Source: Nitrospirota bacterium
GTDB taxonomy: Bacteria; Nitrospirota; Thermodesulfovibrionia; Thermodesulfovibrionales; SM23-35
NCBI GenBank assembly: GCA_013388455.1
Contig: JACAFF010000040.1
Location: 65,990 to 129,989, forward strand
Reading direction: 5' to 3'
DNA: 64,000 nt
Position 1 is the stretch's first letter; the number at the start of each line of letters is the position of its first letter. Under the pieces are notes generated by a model. The model did no database searches. It was given only the letters and a program-made list of their open reading frames with translations, and was not told the origin of the DNA. Below, in pieces: positions 10,085 through 16,934 of this stretch. The translations under genes and the position numbers were made by a program.

Positions 10085-11122
10085 TCACTCTTTTAGGTGC
10101 CTGTAAAATTCTTCTGGTTTGAGTTCCCTGAAATCTCCATTAAGGGCAAGGTGTTTCCTGATATCCATGCAAAGATGGCATTTTGAGAAATAGCCATCTT
10201 CTATTTCTTTGTAACCTGAAGACTTTGCGAATTCGAAAAGCCCTCTCATATTGTTATCCATCAGTAAACCGAGGACAGGATATTGTTCAGTATCTATCCC
10301 CTCTTGAAGCAGTTTGTCCAGTTCCCTGCAGTCCCCGAATGATATACCTCCGCAGAAACCAGGTATATAGTTGCCATAGTTATCGAAATGGTTGTGCCAA
10401 ACACGAAGAAATGGGGTTATACATTCCTGACTGAAAAAATGGTCGGCTGGATATTGAGTTGAATATTCTTTCAAAATATTTTTAAGTTTATAAGGTGCTC
10501 TTCCCATAATAAAAAATTCAACATCTCTGAGCAGGTCTTCCTTCTTCTCCAGTTTCTGATATTCCTCAAAGGGCACTCTGTCCTTTATGCCAAGATGGAG
10601 AAACCTTTTATAATATTCGAGCTGATAGACCATCGTATTACTTCCGAAGACATCAAGGCTTATACGTATCGTCCTTTTTGTCCTCTCAAAAGGGACGTAT
10701 TCGAGATAGAATGGGTTAACTGAAATCATAATGCCCCTTAAACCTTTTTTCTTCAGCAGCTTGAGCTTCTCTTTCGTGGTTGCATCGTCAACAGCCCAGA
10801 AACAGTTAGTCTCTACAAAAGTTGAAGGGATATTAAGCCTGTCAGCTATCTCCACTGCCTTACACAGCAAATCAAAATACAGAAACGGCTCACCACCTGT
10901 AAAGTGGAGACCGTCACTCAGACCAACCTTCTTCGGGCCAAAAACACTCGGCATTATCTTTCCTGAAAGCTGTTTGAGTATCTTTTCGAGGTCATCTTCA
11001 GAAATAGGGTCTGCTTTCCATTTTTGCGAGCAGGCGTATATGCAGTGCCTGCACTCTGCAGAACATTTATAGGAAAGAATCAGTCCGCCGGAAGTCGGTT
11101 TTGGTATCTTCTTTACTGGCAT
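10085..11122 (-). CDS. Radical SAM protein of unknown function
   Basis: CSAECRHC (Cx3Cx2C) near the N-terminus and a GGEPF-like SAM motif (FTGGEPFLY). Extra C-terminal cysteines (GFCGGISFGDC, KCHLC). Confidence 0.75.
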   Translation of the reverse strand: MPVKKIPKPTSGGLILSYKCSAECRHCIYACSQKWKADPISEDDLEKILKQLSGKIMPSVFGPKKVGLSDGLHFTGGEPFLYFDLLCKAVEIADRLNIPSTFVETNCFWAVDDATTKEKLKLLKKKGLRGIMISVNPFYLEYVPFERTKRTIRISLDVFGSNTMVYQLEYYKRFLHLGIKDRVPFEEYQKLEKKEDLLRDVEFFIMGRAPYKLKNILKEYSTQYPADHFFSQECITPFLRVWHNHFDNYGNYIPGFCGGISFGDCRELDKLLQEGIDTEQYPVLGLLMDNNMRGLFEFAKSSGYKEIEDGYFSKCHLCMDIRKHLALNGDFRELKPEEFYRHLKE

Positions 11123-11323
11123 GAAACTATTTTAGCCTCCAATTTGAAATTTTCCAACCCTTGCGCATATTTCCTGAAAGTTAAAATGCCATTTGCTCTG
11201 CTTAATTAACCTCTGCCTATCCAGTTTCTACAAGGAAAACACAAGGGGTAAGGTAAGATGAAAAAATTAGAAAACTATGGAAAAGTTAAGACACATATGC
11301 GACATTAAGGGGTGATTGTTTCT

Positions 11324-11530
11324 GGGGTCGCACCTTGACAAAAGACAAAGTGACCTTACGTAATCCCTTTTACTCAAAGATATAGATTGGAGAATATTTC
11401 AGTAATTTAAGTTATTCTGCAGTAGCAAAGATATATGAACGGTTTAAAAGAAGATTGAAAGAAGACACAAGATTAAGAAGAGAGGTAGAGAAAATAGAGA
11501 GACAATTGTTCTATGTCAAGGTGTGACCCC
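11324..11530. mobile_element. Inverted-repeat-bounded 207-bp unit containing the 3' (HTH) end of a Y1 transposase-like gene
   Basis: GGGGTCGCACCTTGACA (11324-11340) and TGTCAAGGTGTGACCCC (11514-11530) form a 17-bp inverted repeat with 1 mismatch. The interior encodes, with a frameshift, ...KVTLRNPFYSK / IGEYFSNLSYSAVAKIYERFKRRLKEDTRLRREVEKIERQLFYVKV*. Confidence 0.5.
11386..11526 (+). pseudogene. C-terminal DnaA_C-like HTH fragment of a COG1943/RayT-like transposase (remnant)
   Basis: The frame starting at 11386 translates to IGEYFSNLSYSAVAKIYERFKRRLKEDTRLRREVEKIERQLFYVKV*. There is an in-frame TAG immediately upstream and no start codon. Confidence 0.5.
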
Positions 11531-11894
11531 AAACAAAGCAGACCGAATTCTCACAGAACTCTTCGTGCCTAAATAATCTATAATTTTGCCTATTTCTTTT
11601 GATATTGTGGAATCATCTTTCAAATATCTGGTGATAACCGATGGGTCTTTTTGAAGATAAGATGCTATTTATTTACACTTATACCCAAATTCCCTTGCTG
11701 TAATAAATGCCCAACAGTCCTGTATCTCCTGTTGTAATACATTGTGTAAATCTGGTTTATACCCTGAAGAATTTTTGAGGGCTGATATATTTCTGAAAAT
11801 CATCATCCCCTTTGAATACCCTCTGGAGTTGATTCCCACGGGTGATGACATGATAAAATGCTCCTTCATACTCTATCCTTGGCTTCCTTGCCAT
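11516..11894 (-). pseudogene. Decayed IS200/IS605-like Y1 (RayT-type) transposase gene
   Basis: Minus-strand ATG at 11894 gives MARKPRIEYEGAFYHVITRGNQLQRVFKGDDDFQKY... followed by a stop. Other frames carry YYNRRYRTVGHLLQ (the xFNRRYxRxGHLFQGRY motif) and an HTH-like tail. The HUH region is missing and there are several frameshifts. Confidence 0.65.
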
Positions 11895-12318
11895 GCATCA
11901 AGATAGCATATCATCTGTTATCATCTATCAATTCGCAATAAACAAGTCTGACCCCATTCTTTTCACCTCCCAACCTCTATCACTTCCTGAGAGGGTTAAT
12001 TGAGGAAGCTATGACTGAATTTTTCGGTTGCTACTGAAAATATTATCTGTTTGTGTATTACTTCTTCAGGCCAAACGCTATGTCTTACACCTTACACCAT
12101 TTGTCTAAACCAACGGGATCAAAAACGTTAAAGAAAAGTTAAAATATGATATAATTTTTGAAAATAAGGTAAAAAGTGGAGCTATGTTTATATATTTCTG
12201 CATCAAATAAGAAACCATGAAACTTGCTATTTTCTGCGATATACCACCCAGAGAGAAATAATCGGTATTTTTAAAATGGGATATATATGGGAGAATCTTT
12301 AGAGCCTATTTCCAAAAA

Positions 12319-13365
12319 GTGGAATGGGATTTTTTGGTTTTGATTTTTAGGAGACCAATGCAACAGAGGGGATTCACTTTTACCAAGAAACCCTTTCTTT
12401 ACAAAGGATCGATAAATTCCTCCTTGGTAATCTATCCGATAAATGATAATGGACAGAGAACAGGTACAATGCTTTTTATTGACAACAAAACAATAAAATT
12501 TATAAAGAATGCTATTAAAGAAAAAGGCATAATTCAAATGGGTGCTTGTCGTGATAATCCGCCACCTAATTCACTTGGGAAAATGCTTCAGGGGATGGGT
12601 AAATCTCCTCAGTTTCTAAGTTATGTCTTGCCTCTTTTAGAACAAGAAGGTTTTTTAACCTCTTATAAGGAAGGAAAAGCTTTTTGGGTTAAAAAAACTG
12701 CTTCTAGAGAAATAAATTCTATAAATAAGACCCAGATAGATGGAAAAGGTGATATTGAAATTCCTGATAAAGACGAATTCATAAAGGGCTGTAATGCTTT
12801 TAAAAAGCGTGAGAAGCGTGATTCTATGTATAAAGTTGCCACATTCTTAGTTAAACATTTTTGGGGTAGTCCAAGAGATATGTCCGATGCATTAGGAATT
12901 TTATTATTTACATGGAACCACGCATTCTATAGATATGGCTTGTTTGACTATGACAAGCTCGAAAAGTGTATAAAGAATAACATCCCAAAACTTGAAGAGT
13001 TCAGAAATAGAAATATTTTTAATTTAAAGAGAGATGACGAAAGAGACATCAAAAACCTTTTCAATAACTTTCATAAAGCGTTACAAATAAGTGAAGGGAG
13101 ATTAAAAGGCAAATCAAGCCCGGTAGCAGTCTCAAAAGCTCTGCACCTATTAGCTCCTGACTTTTTGCCTCTTTGGGATAATAAAATAGCACAAGCCTAT
13201 GGATGTTACTATTCTGTAAACCCTGCTGAAGAATATGTTAGATTTTGTAGAATAGTAAAAGCTATTGCAGAACAAGTAAAAGATTTCATATCTCCAACTG
13301 ATAAGACTATTCTCAAGTTAATTGATGAATACAATTATTCAAAATACACTCAGGAATGGATTTAA
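12319..13365 (+). CDS. Uncharacterised protein coupled to hsdM (R-M-linked ORF)
   Basis: 348-aa ORF. A more likely start is ATG 12358 (AGGAG at 12349-12353), giving 335 aa. The 3' end overlaps the hsdM start by 10 nt. wHTH-like stretch SPQFLSYVLPLLEQEGFLTSY. C-terminal motif SPVAVSKALHLLAPDFLPLWDNKIAQAYG. No family recognised with certainty. Confidence 0.6.
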   Translation: MEWDFLVLIFRRPMQQRGFTFTKKPFLYKGSINSSLVIYPINDNGQRTGTMLFIDNKTIKFIKNAIKEKGIIQMGACRDNPPPNSLGKMLQGMGKSPQFLSYVLPLLEQEGFLTSYKEGKAFWVKKTASREINSINKTQIDGKGDIEIPDKDEFIKGCNAFKKREKRDSMYKVATFLVKHFWGSPRDMSDALGILLFTWNHAFYRYGLFDYDKLEKCIKNNIPKLEEFRNRNIFNLKRDDERDIKNLFNNFHKALQISEGRLKGKSSPVAVSKALHLLAPDFLPLWDNKIAQAYGCYYSVNPAEEYVRFCRIVKAIAEQVKDFISPTDKTILKLIDEYNYSKYTQEWI

Positions 13366-14897
13366 AGGTGAATAAAACTAACTTAGACGTAAGCACCCTT
13401 GAAAATTGGTTATGGGAGGCTGCTTGTAAAATAAGGGGTGAAATTGATGCTCCTAAGTATAAAGATTACATTCTACCTCTAATTTTCCTCAAACGCCTTT
13501 CGGATGTTTTTGAAGATGAGATAAACAACCTTAAAGATGAATACGGAAATCAACCCATAGCTGAAGAAATAGCTTCTGAAGACCACTCAATTGTCAGATT
13601 CTTTCTACCTGTAGATGCAAGATGGACGAACATATCAAAACAGACAACAAATATCGGTGAATACCTGACAAGTGCTGTCCGTTCTATTGCTAAGGAAAAT
13701 CCAAAACTTCAGGGTGTCGTTGACATAGTAGATTTTAATGCTACAGCAGCAGGGCAGAGAATTATCAGCGATGACAGACTAAAGGCTCTAATAGAAGTTT
13801 TAGGAAGATACAGGCTCGGTTTGAAGGATGTAGAGCCTGACATATTGGGAAGGGCTTATGAATATCTTTTGAGAAAATTTGCTGAAGGCTCTGGACAGAG
13901 TGCTGGAGAATTCTATACGCCCAGAGAAGTTGCAATATTAATGTCTTACATCTTAGACCCTGAACCAGGAGATGAAATTTATGACCCTTGTTGTGGCTCT
14001 GGAGGACTTCTTATCAAAAGTTATTTGCGCTTCAGAGGGAAATTTAAAAATAATTTCTCAGTTACACCTTTGAAATTTTATGGACAGGAAATATTACACA
14101 CCACTTATGCTATGGCAAAGATGAATGCTTTTATTCATGACATGGAAACAGATATCGCGCTCGGAGACACTATGAATAACCCAAAGTTCCTCAATTCTGA
14201 TGGTTCTCTCAAGAAGTTCGATAAGGTTACTGCCAATCCAATGTGGAATCAAGATTTTGCACAATCTACTTATGAAAAAGATGCATACAATCGTTTTATT
14301 TATGGGTATCCCCCTTCTTCAAGTGCAGACTGGGGATGGATTCAGCATATGTTTGCTTCTTTGAACGAGAAAGGGAAAATGGCAGTGGTCTTGGACACAG
14401 GAGCAGTTTCAAGGGGAAGTGGTAATCAGGGTGCAAATAGGGAAAGAGATATACGGAAAGCCTTTGTAGAAAAAGATTGGGTGGAAGCAGTTATCCTGAT
14501 GCCTGAGAACCTGTTCTATAACACCACAGCCCCAGGAATCATTTTAGTCATAAATAAGAAAAAGAAGAAAAAGGGTGAAATTATTCTTATCAATACCTCA
14601 AAGCTCTTTTCCAAAGGCAGACCCAAAAACTATCTGACTGATGAGAACATTCAGAAGGTTTATGAAGTTTATTCAGGGTGGAGGGATGAGGAAGGTATCA
14701 GCAAGGTTATCAAGAATGAAGAAGCAATAAAGAATGACTATAACCTCAGTCCTTCAAGATATGTTTCACAGAATGGTGGAGAGGAAGTTTTACCAGTAGA
14801 AGAAGCAATAGTTTTGTTAAAAGAGGCAGAGGAAGAAAGGGCAATCGCTGATAAGAAGTTAAAAGACATTTTAGAAAAGATGGGATTTGAAATATGA
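13356..14897 (+). CDS. hsdM: Type I restriction-modification system methyltransferase subunit
   Basis: HsdM_N-like N-terminus (LWEAACKIRG..D...YKDYILPLIFLKRLSD). SAM motif IYDPCCGSGGLL. Catalytic ANPMW (NPPF/W variant). Confidence 0.9.
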   Translation: MDLKVNKTNLDVSTLENWLWEAACKIRGEIDAPKYKDYILPLIFLKRLSDVFEDEINNLKDEYGNQPIAEEIASEDHSIVRFFLPVDARWTNISKQTTNIGEYLTSAVRSIAKENPKLQGVVDIVDFNATAAGQRIISDDRLKALIEVLGRYRLGLKDVEPDILGRAYEYLLRKFAEGSGQSAGEFYTPREVAILMSYILDPEPGDEIYDPCCGSGGLLIKSYLRFRGKFKNNFSVTPLKFYGQEILHTTYAMAKMNAFIHDMETDIALGDTMNNPKFLNSDGSLKKFDKVTANPMWNQDFAQSTYEKDAYNRFIYGYPPSSSADWGWIQHMFASLNEKGKMAVVLDTGAVSRGSGNQGANRERDIRKAFVEKDWVEAVILMPENLFYNTTAPGIILVINKKKKKKGEIILINTSKLFSKGRPKNYLTDENIQKVYEVYSGWRDEEGISKVIKNEEAIKNDYNLSPSRYVSQNGGEEVLPVEEAIVLLKEAEEERAIADKKLKDILEKMGFEI

Positions 14898-14967
14898 TTT
14901 CATTAATAGCTCCCCTCGTATTTTAGGAAGGGGTAGTAACCTGATGCATTATTTTATTTCTAAACAA

Positions 14968-15009
14968 CCACCCCTGACCCCTCCTTAATCAAGGAGGGGA
15001 GTTTGGAGA
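14968..15009. repeat. GC-rich nested-palindrome (REP-like) element, copy in the hsdM-hsdS spacer
   Basis: Inner palindrome CCCCTCCTT-AATC-AAGGAGGGG at 14978-14999 (9-bp arms) with degenerate outer arms (CCACCCCT ... AGTTTGGAG). A second weak hairpin CCCCT...AGGGG lies at 14912-14933. Confidence 0.6.
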
Positions 15010-15038
15010 AGGCTGACTCAAAATGAGAATGGGACGAA

Positions 15039-16364
15039 ATGAATAATTCAAACGGCTTCAGAATGACAGAGATAGGATTATTGCCGGAAGACTGGGAAGT
15101 GAAGAAACTGAATCAGTTGTTTGAAATACAGCAGGGTAAAGCATTATCGCCAAAACACAGAAGGGGTATATCACCGTATCCATTCTTAAGAACATCAAAT
15201 GTTTATTGGGGCAGGATAGATTTAACAAATTTAGATTACATGGATTTCTCTACAGAAGAAGTTGATAAAATGGCATTAAGGACTGATGATTTGCTTATTT
15301 GTGAAGGTGGTGATATAGGGAGAACAGCAATGTGGTCAGGTCAAATTAAAAAGTGCTGTTATCAAAATCATCTTCATCGCCTGAGACCTTTAAGAAAAAA
15401 TGAAGCATTCCCCAAGTTTTTTATGTATTGGATGCAAGCCTCTATGTTACTGCTTGGATTATATGTTGGTGCAGGAAATAAGACAACAATTCCAAATCTT
15501 TCAAGAGCGCGATTAGGAGAGTTTCAGCTACCATTACCTTTCTTCTCCGAACAACAAAAAATTGCCTCTGTTCTTTCAGCCGTACAGGAAGCAAAAGAGA
15601 AAACTGAAAATGTCATTAAAGCATTAAAGGAATTCAAGAAATCCATGATGAAGCATCTTTTCACCTATGGACCTGTGCCTTACCCCCCTTCATCCCCCCT
15701 TAATAAGGGGGGAATAGAGGGGGGTGTGCCTTTGAAAGAGACAGAGATCGGGATGATTCCTGAGCATTGGGAAGTGAGTATGCTTGGCAAATATTGCAAG
15801 GTCTTAACTGGTGGAACTCCAAAAACTAAAGTTAAGGAATATTGGCTTCCTGCTGAAATCCCATGGATGAAATCAGGTGAAATTCAGGGTAGTGTTATAA
15901 CTAAAATTGATACATATATATCAAAAAAAGGGTTAGAAAATTCAAATGCAAGGCTTCTACCTAAAAATACCGTTGTGATTGCCCTAGCAGGAAGGGGGAA
16001 AACAAGAGGTACAACGGCTATTCTAAAGACAGAATGTGCATGTAATCAGTCTGTAGCTTGTATGATCTCTAATGAACAACTCCACTATTATTATCTTCAT
16101 TACTATCTTTCTTTTATTTACGTTTATATAAGGAATCTTACTGGTGATAAAGACAGAAGTGGTTTGAACCTACAGATAATACAGAGAATACCTCTTATTC
16201 TTCCTCCTCTCACTGAGCAACATCAGATTGCCGAATCTTTATCAGCCATTGATAAAAAGATAGAAGCTGAAAATACCAAGAAGAATTCGTTAGAAGCTCT
16301 TTTTAAAACTTTGCTTTCTCTTTTAATGACAGGTAAAATTAGGGTCAAAGACCTTGATATATAA
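15039..16364 (+). CDS. hsdS: Type I R-M specificity subunit (two target-recognition domains)
   Basis: Two repeats of the TRD entry motif (IGLLPEDWEVKKL and IGMIPEHWEVSML). Conserved coiled-coil regions (SEQQKIASVLSAV..., TEQHQIAESLSAIDKKIE...LLSLLMTGKIRV). Confidence 0.85.
   Translation: MNNSNGFRMTEIGLLPEDWEVKKLNQLFEIQQGKALSPKHRRGISPYPFLRTSNVYWGRIDLTNLDYMDFSTEEVDKMALRTDDLLICEGGDIGRTAMWSGQIKKCCYQNHLHRLRPLRKNEAFPKFFMYWMQASMLLLGLYVGAGNKTTIPNLSRARLGEFQLPLPFFSEQQKIASVLSAVQEAKEKTENVIKALKEFKKSMMKHLFTYGPVPYPPSSPLNKGGIEGGVPLKETEIGMIPEHWEVSMLGKYCKVLTGGTPKTKVKEYWLPAEIPWMKSGEIQGSVITKIDTYISKKGLENSNARLLPKNTVVIALAGRGKTRGTTAILKTECACNQSVACMISNEQLHYYYLHYYLSFIYVYIRNLTGDKDRSGLNLQIIQRIPLILPPLTEQHQIAESLSAIDKKIEAENTKKNSLEALFKTLLSLLMTGKIRVKDLDI
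15674..15731. repeat. Nested-palindrome (REP/MITE-like) element inserted in frame in hsdS, flanked by direct repeat (T)GTGCCT
   Basis: Element 15681-15725 is TACCCCCCTTCATCCCCCCTTAATAAGGGGGGAATAGAGGGGGGT. Outer arms ACCCCCCT/AGGGGGGT; inner 10-bp arms TCCCCCCTTA/TAAGGGGGGA. GTGCCT occurs at 15675-15680 and again at 15726-15731. Element plus one repeat = 51 nt = 17 codons (YPPSSPLNKGGIEGGVP). Confidence 0.7.
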
Positions 16365-16388
16365 GGGTGAATTAAAAAGAGAAACTGA

Positions 16389-16697
16389 ATGCTATTTGTA
16401 GATTACGAAGGAAGGAACATAAGATTATCTGAGGAACGGTGGAAACATATTCAAGAAAGACATCCCGAAACAGTTGGCAAGGAAAAATTTATTGAAGAAA
16501 CAATTTCGATGCCTGATTTCATACAGGAGGGAAATAAAGGGGAATTGATAGCAATCAGAAAGTATAAAAAAACCCCAATTACTGAAAACAAGTATTTTGT
16601 TGTAGTATATAAATTACAAAAGACAGATGGTTTCCTCATTACATCATATTTCACAAGGAGACCGTCTTTCAGGAGGAAATTGATATGGAAAAAATAA
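16389..16697 (+). CDS. Small toxin-like protein (H-x2-RHPE motif; family uncertain)
   Basis: 102 aa: LSEERWKHIQERHPE...ISMPDFIQEG....IAIRKY....KYFVVVYK...GFLITSYFTRRP. Overlaps the next ORF by 13 nt. Lies between hsdS and hsdR. Confidence 0.5.
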   Translation: MLFVDYEGRNIRLSEERWKHIQERHPETVGKEKFIEETISMPDFIQEGNKGELIAIRKYKKTPITENKYFVVVYKLQKTDGFLITSYFTRRPSFRRKLIWKK

Positions 16698-16921
16698 AAC
16701 TTCCACAGGGTAAAACTGTAAACAGCTACTACGACGAGGAGGCAGATGTTCTTTATGTGTCCTTTGGAGAACCTAAGACAAGTGAAACTCTGGACACAGG
16801 AGAGGATTTGTTGATTCGCTTTGATCCTGTTACAGGGGAAATTACAGGGTTTACTATTCTCAATTTTTCAGAGTTCGGGCAGGAAATTGAAGAATTGGTC
16901 AGTGCAACTGCAACACGTTAG
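16685..16921 (+). CDS. DUF2283-family small protein (putative antitoxin partner)
   Basis: YYDEEADVLYVSFGEP...LIRFDPVTGEITGFTILNFSEF matches the DUF2283 pattern (YDxEADxLYI ... GxIxGIEIL). Confidence 0.65.
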   Translation: MEKIKLPQGKTVNSYYDEEADVLYVSFGEPKTSETLDTGEDLLIRFDPVTGEITGFTILNFSEFGQEIEELVSATATR

Positions 16922-16934
16922 AATACTTTAAACA

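Noticed and set aside
11298-11322. Possible attachment-site repeat of the tRNA-Val 3' end (GCGACATTAAGGGGTGATTG versus GCGCGAAGGGGATTGAA)
   Set aside because: Similarity needs several indels and is too short and weak. It cannot be distinguished from chance by eye.
13356-14897. Idea that HsdM is inactive because the catalytic motif reads NPMW rather than NPPF/Y
   Set aside because: Variants of the fourth-motif aromatic and proline positions are common in active N6-adenine methyltransferases, and the rest of the protein is intact.
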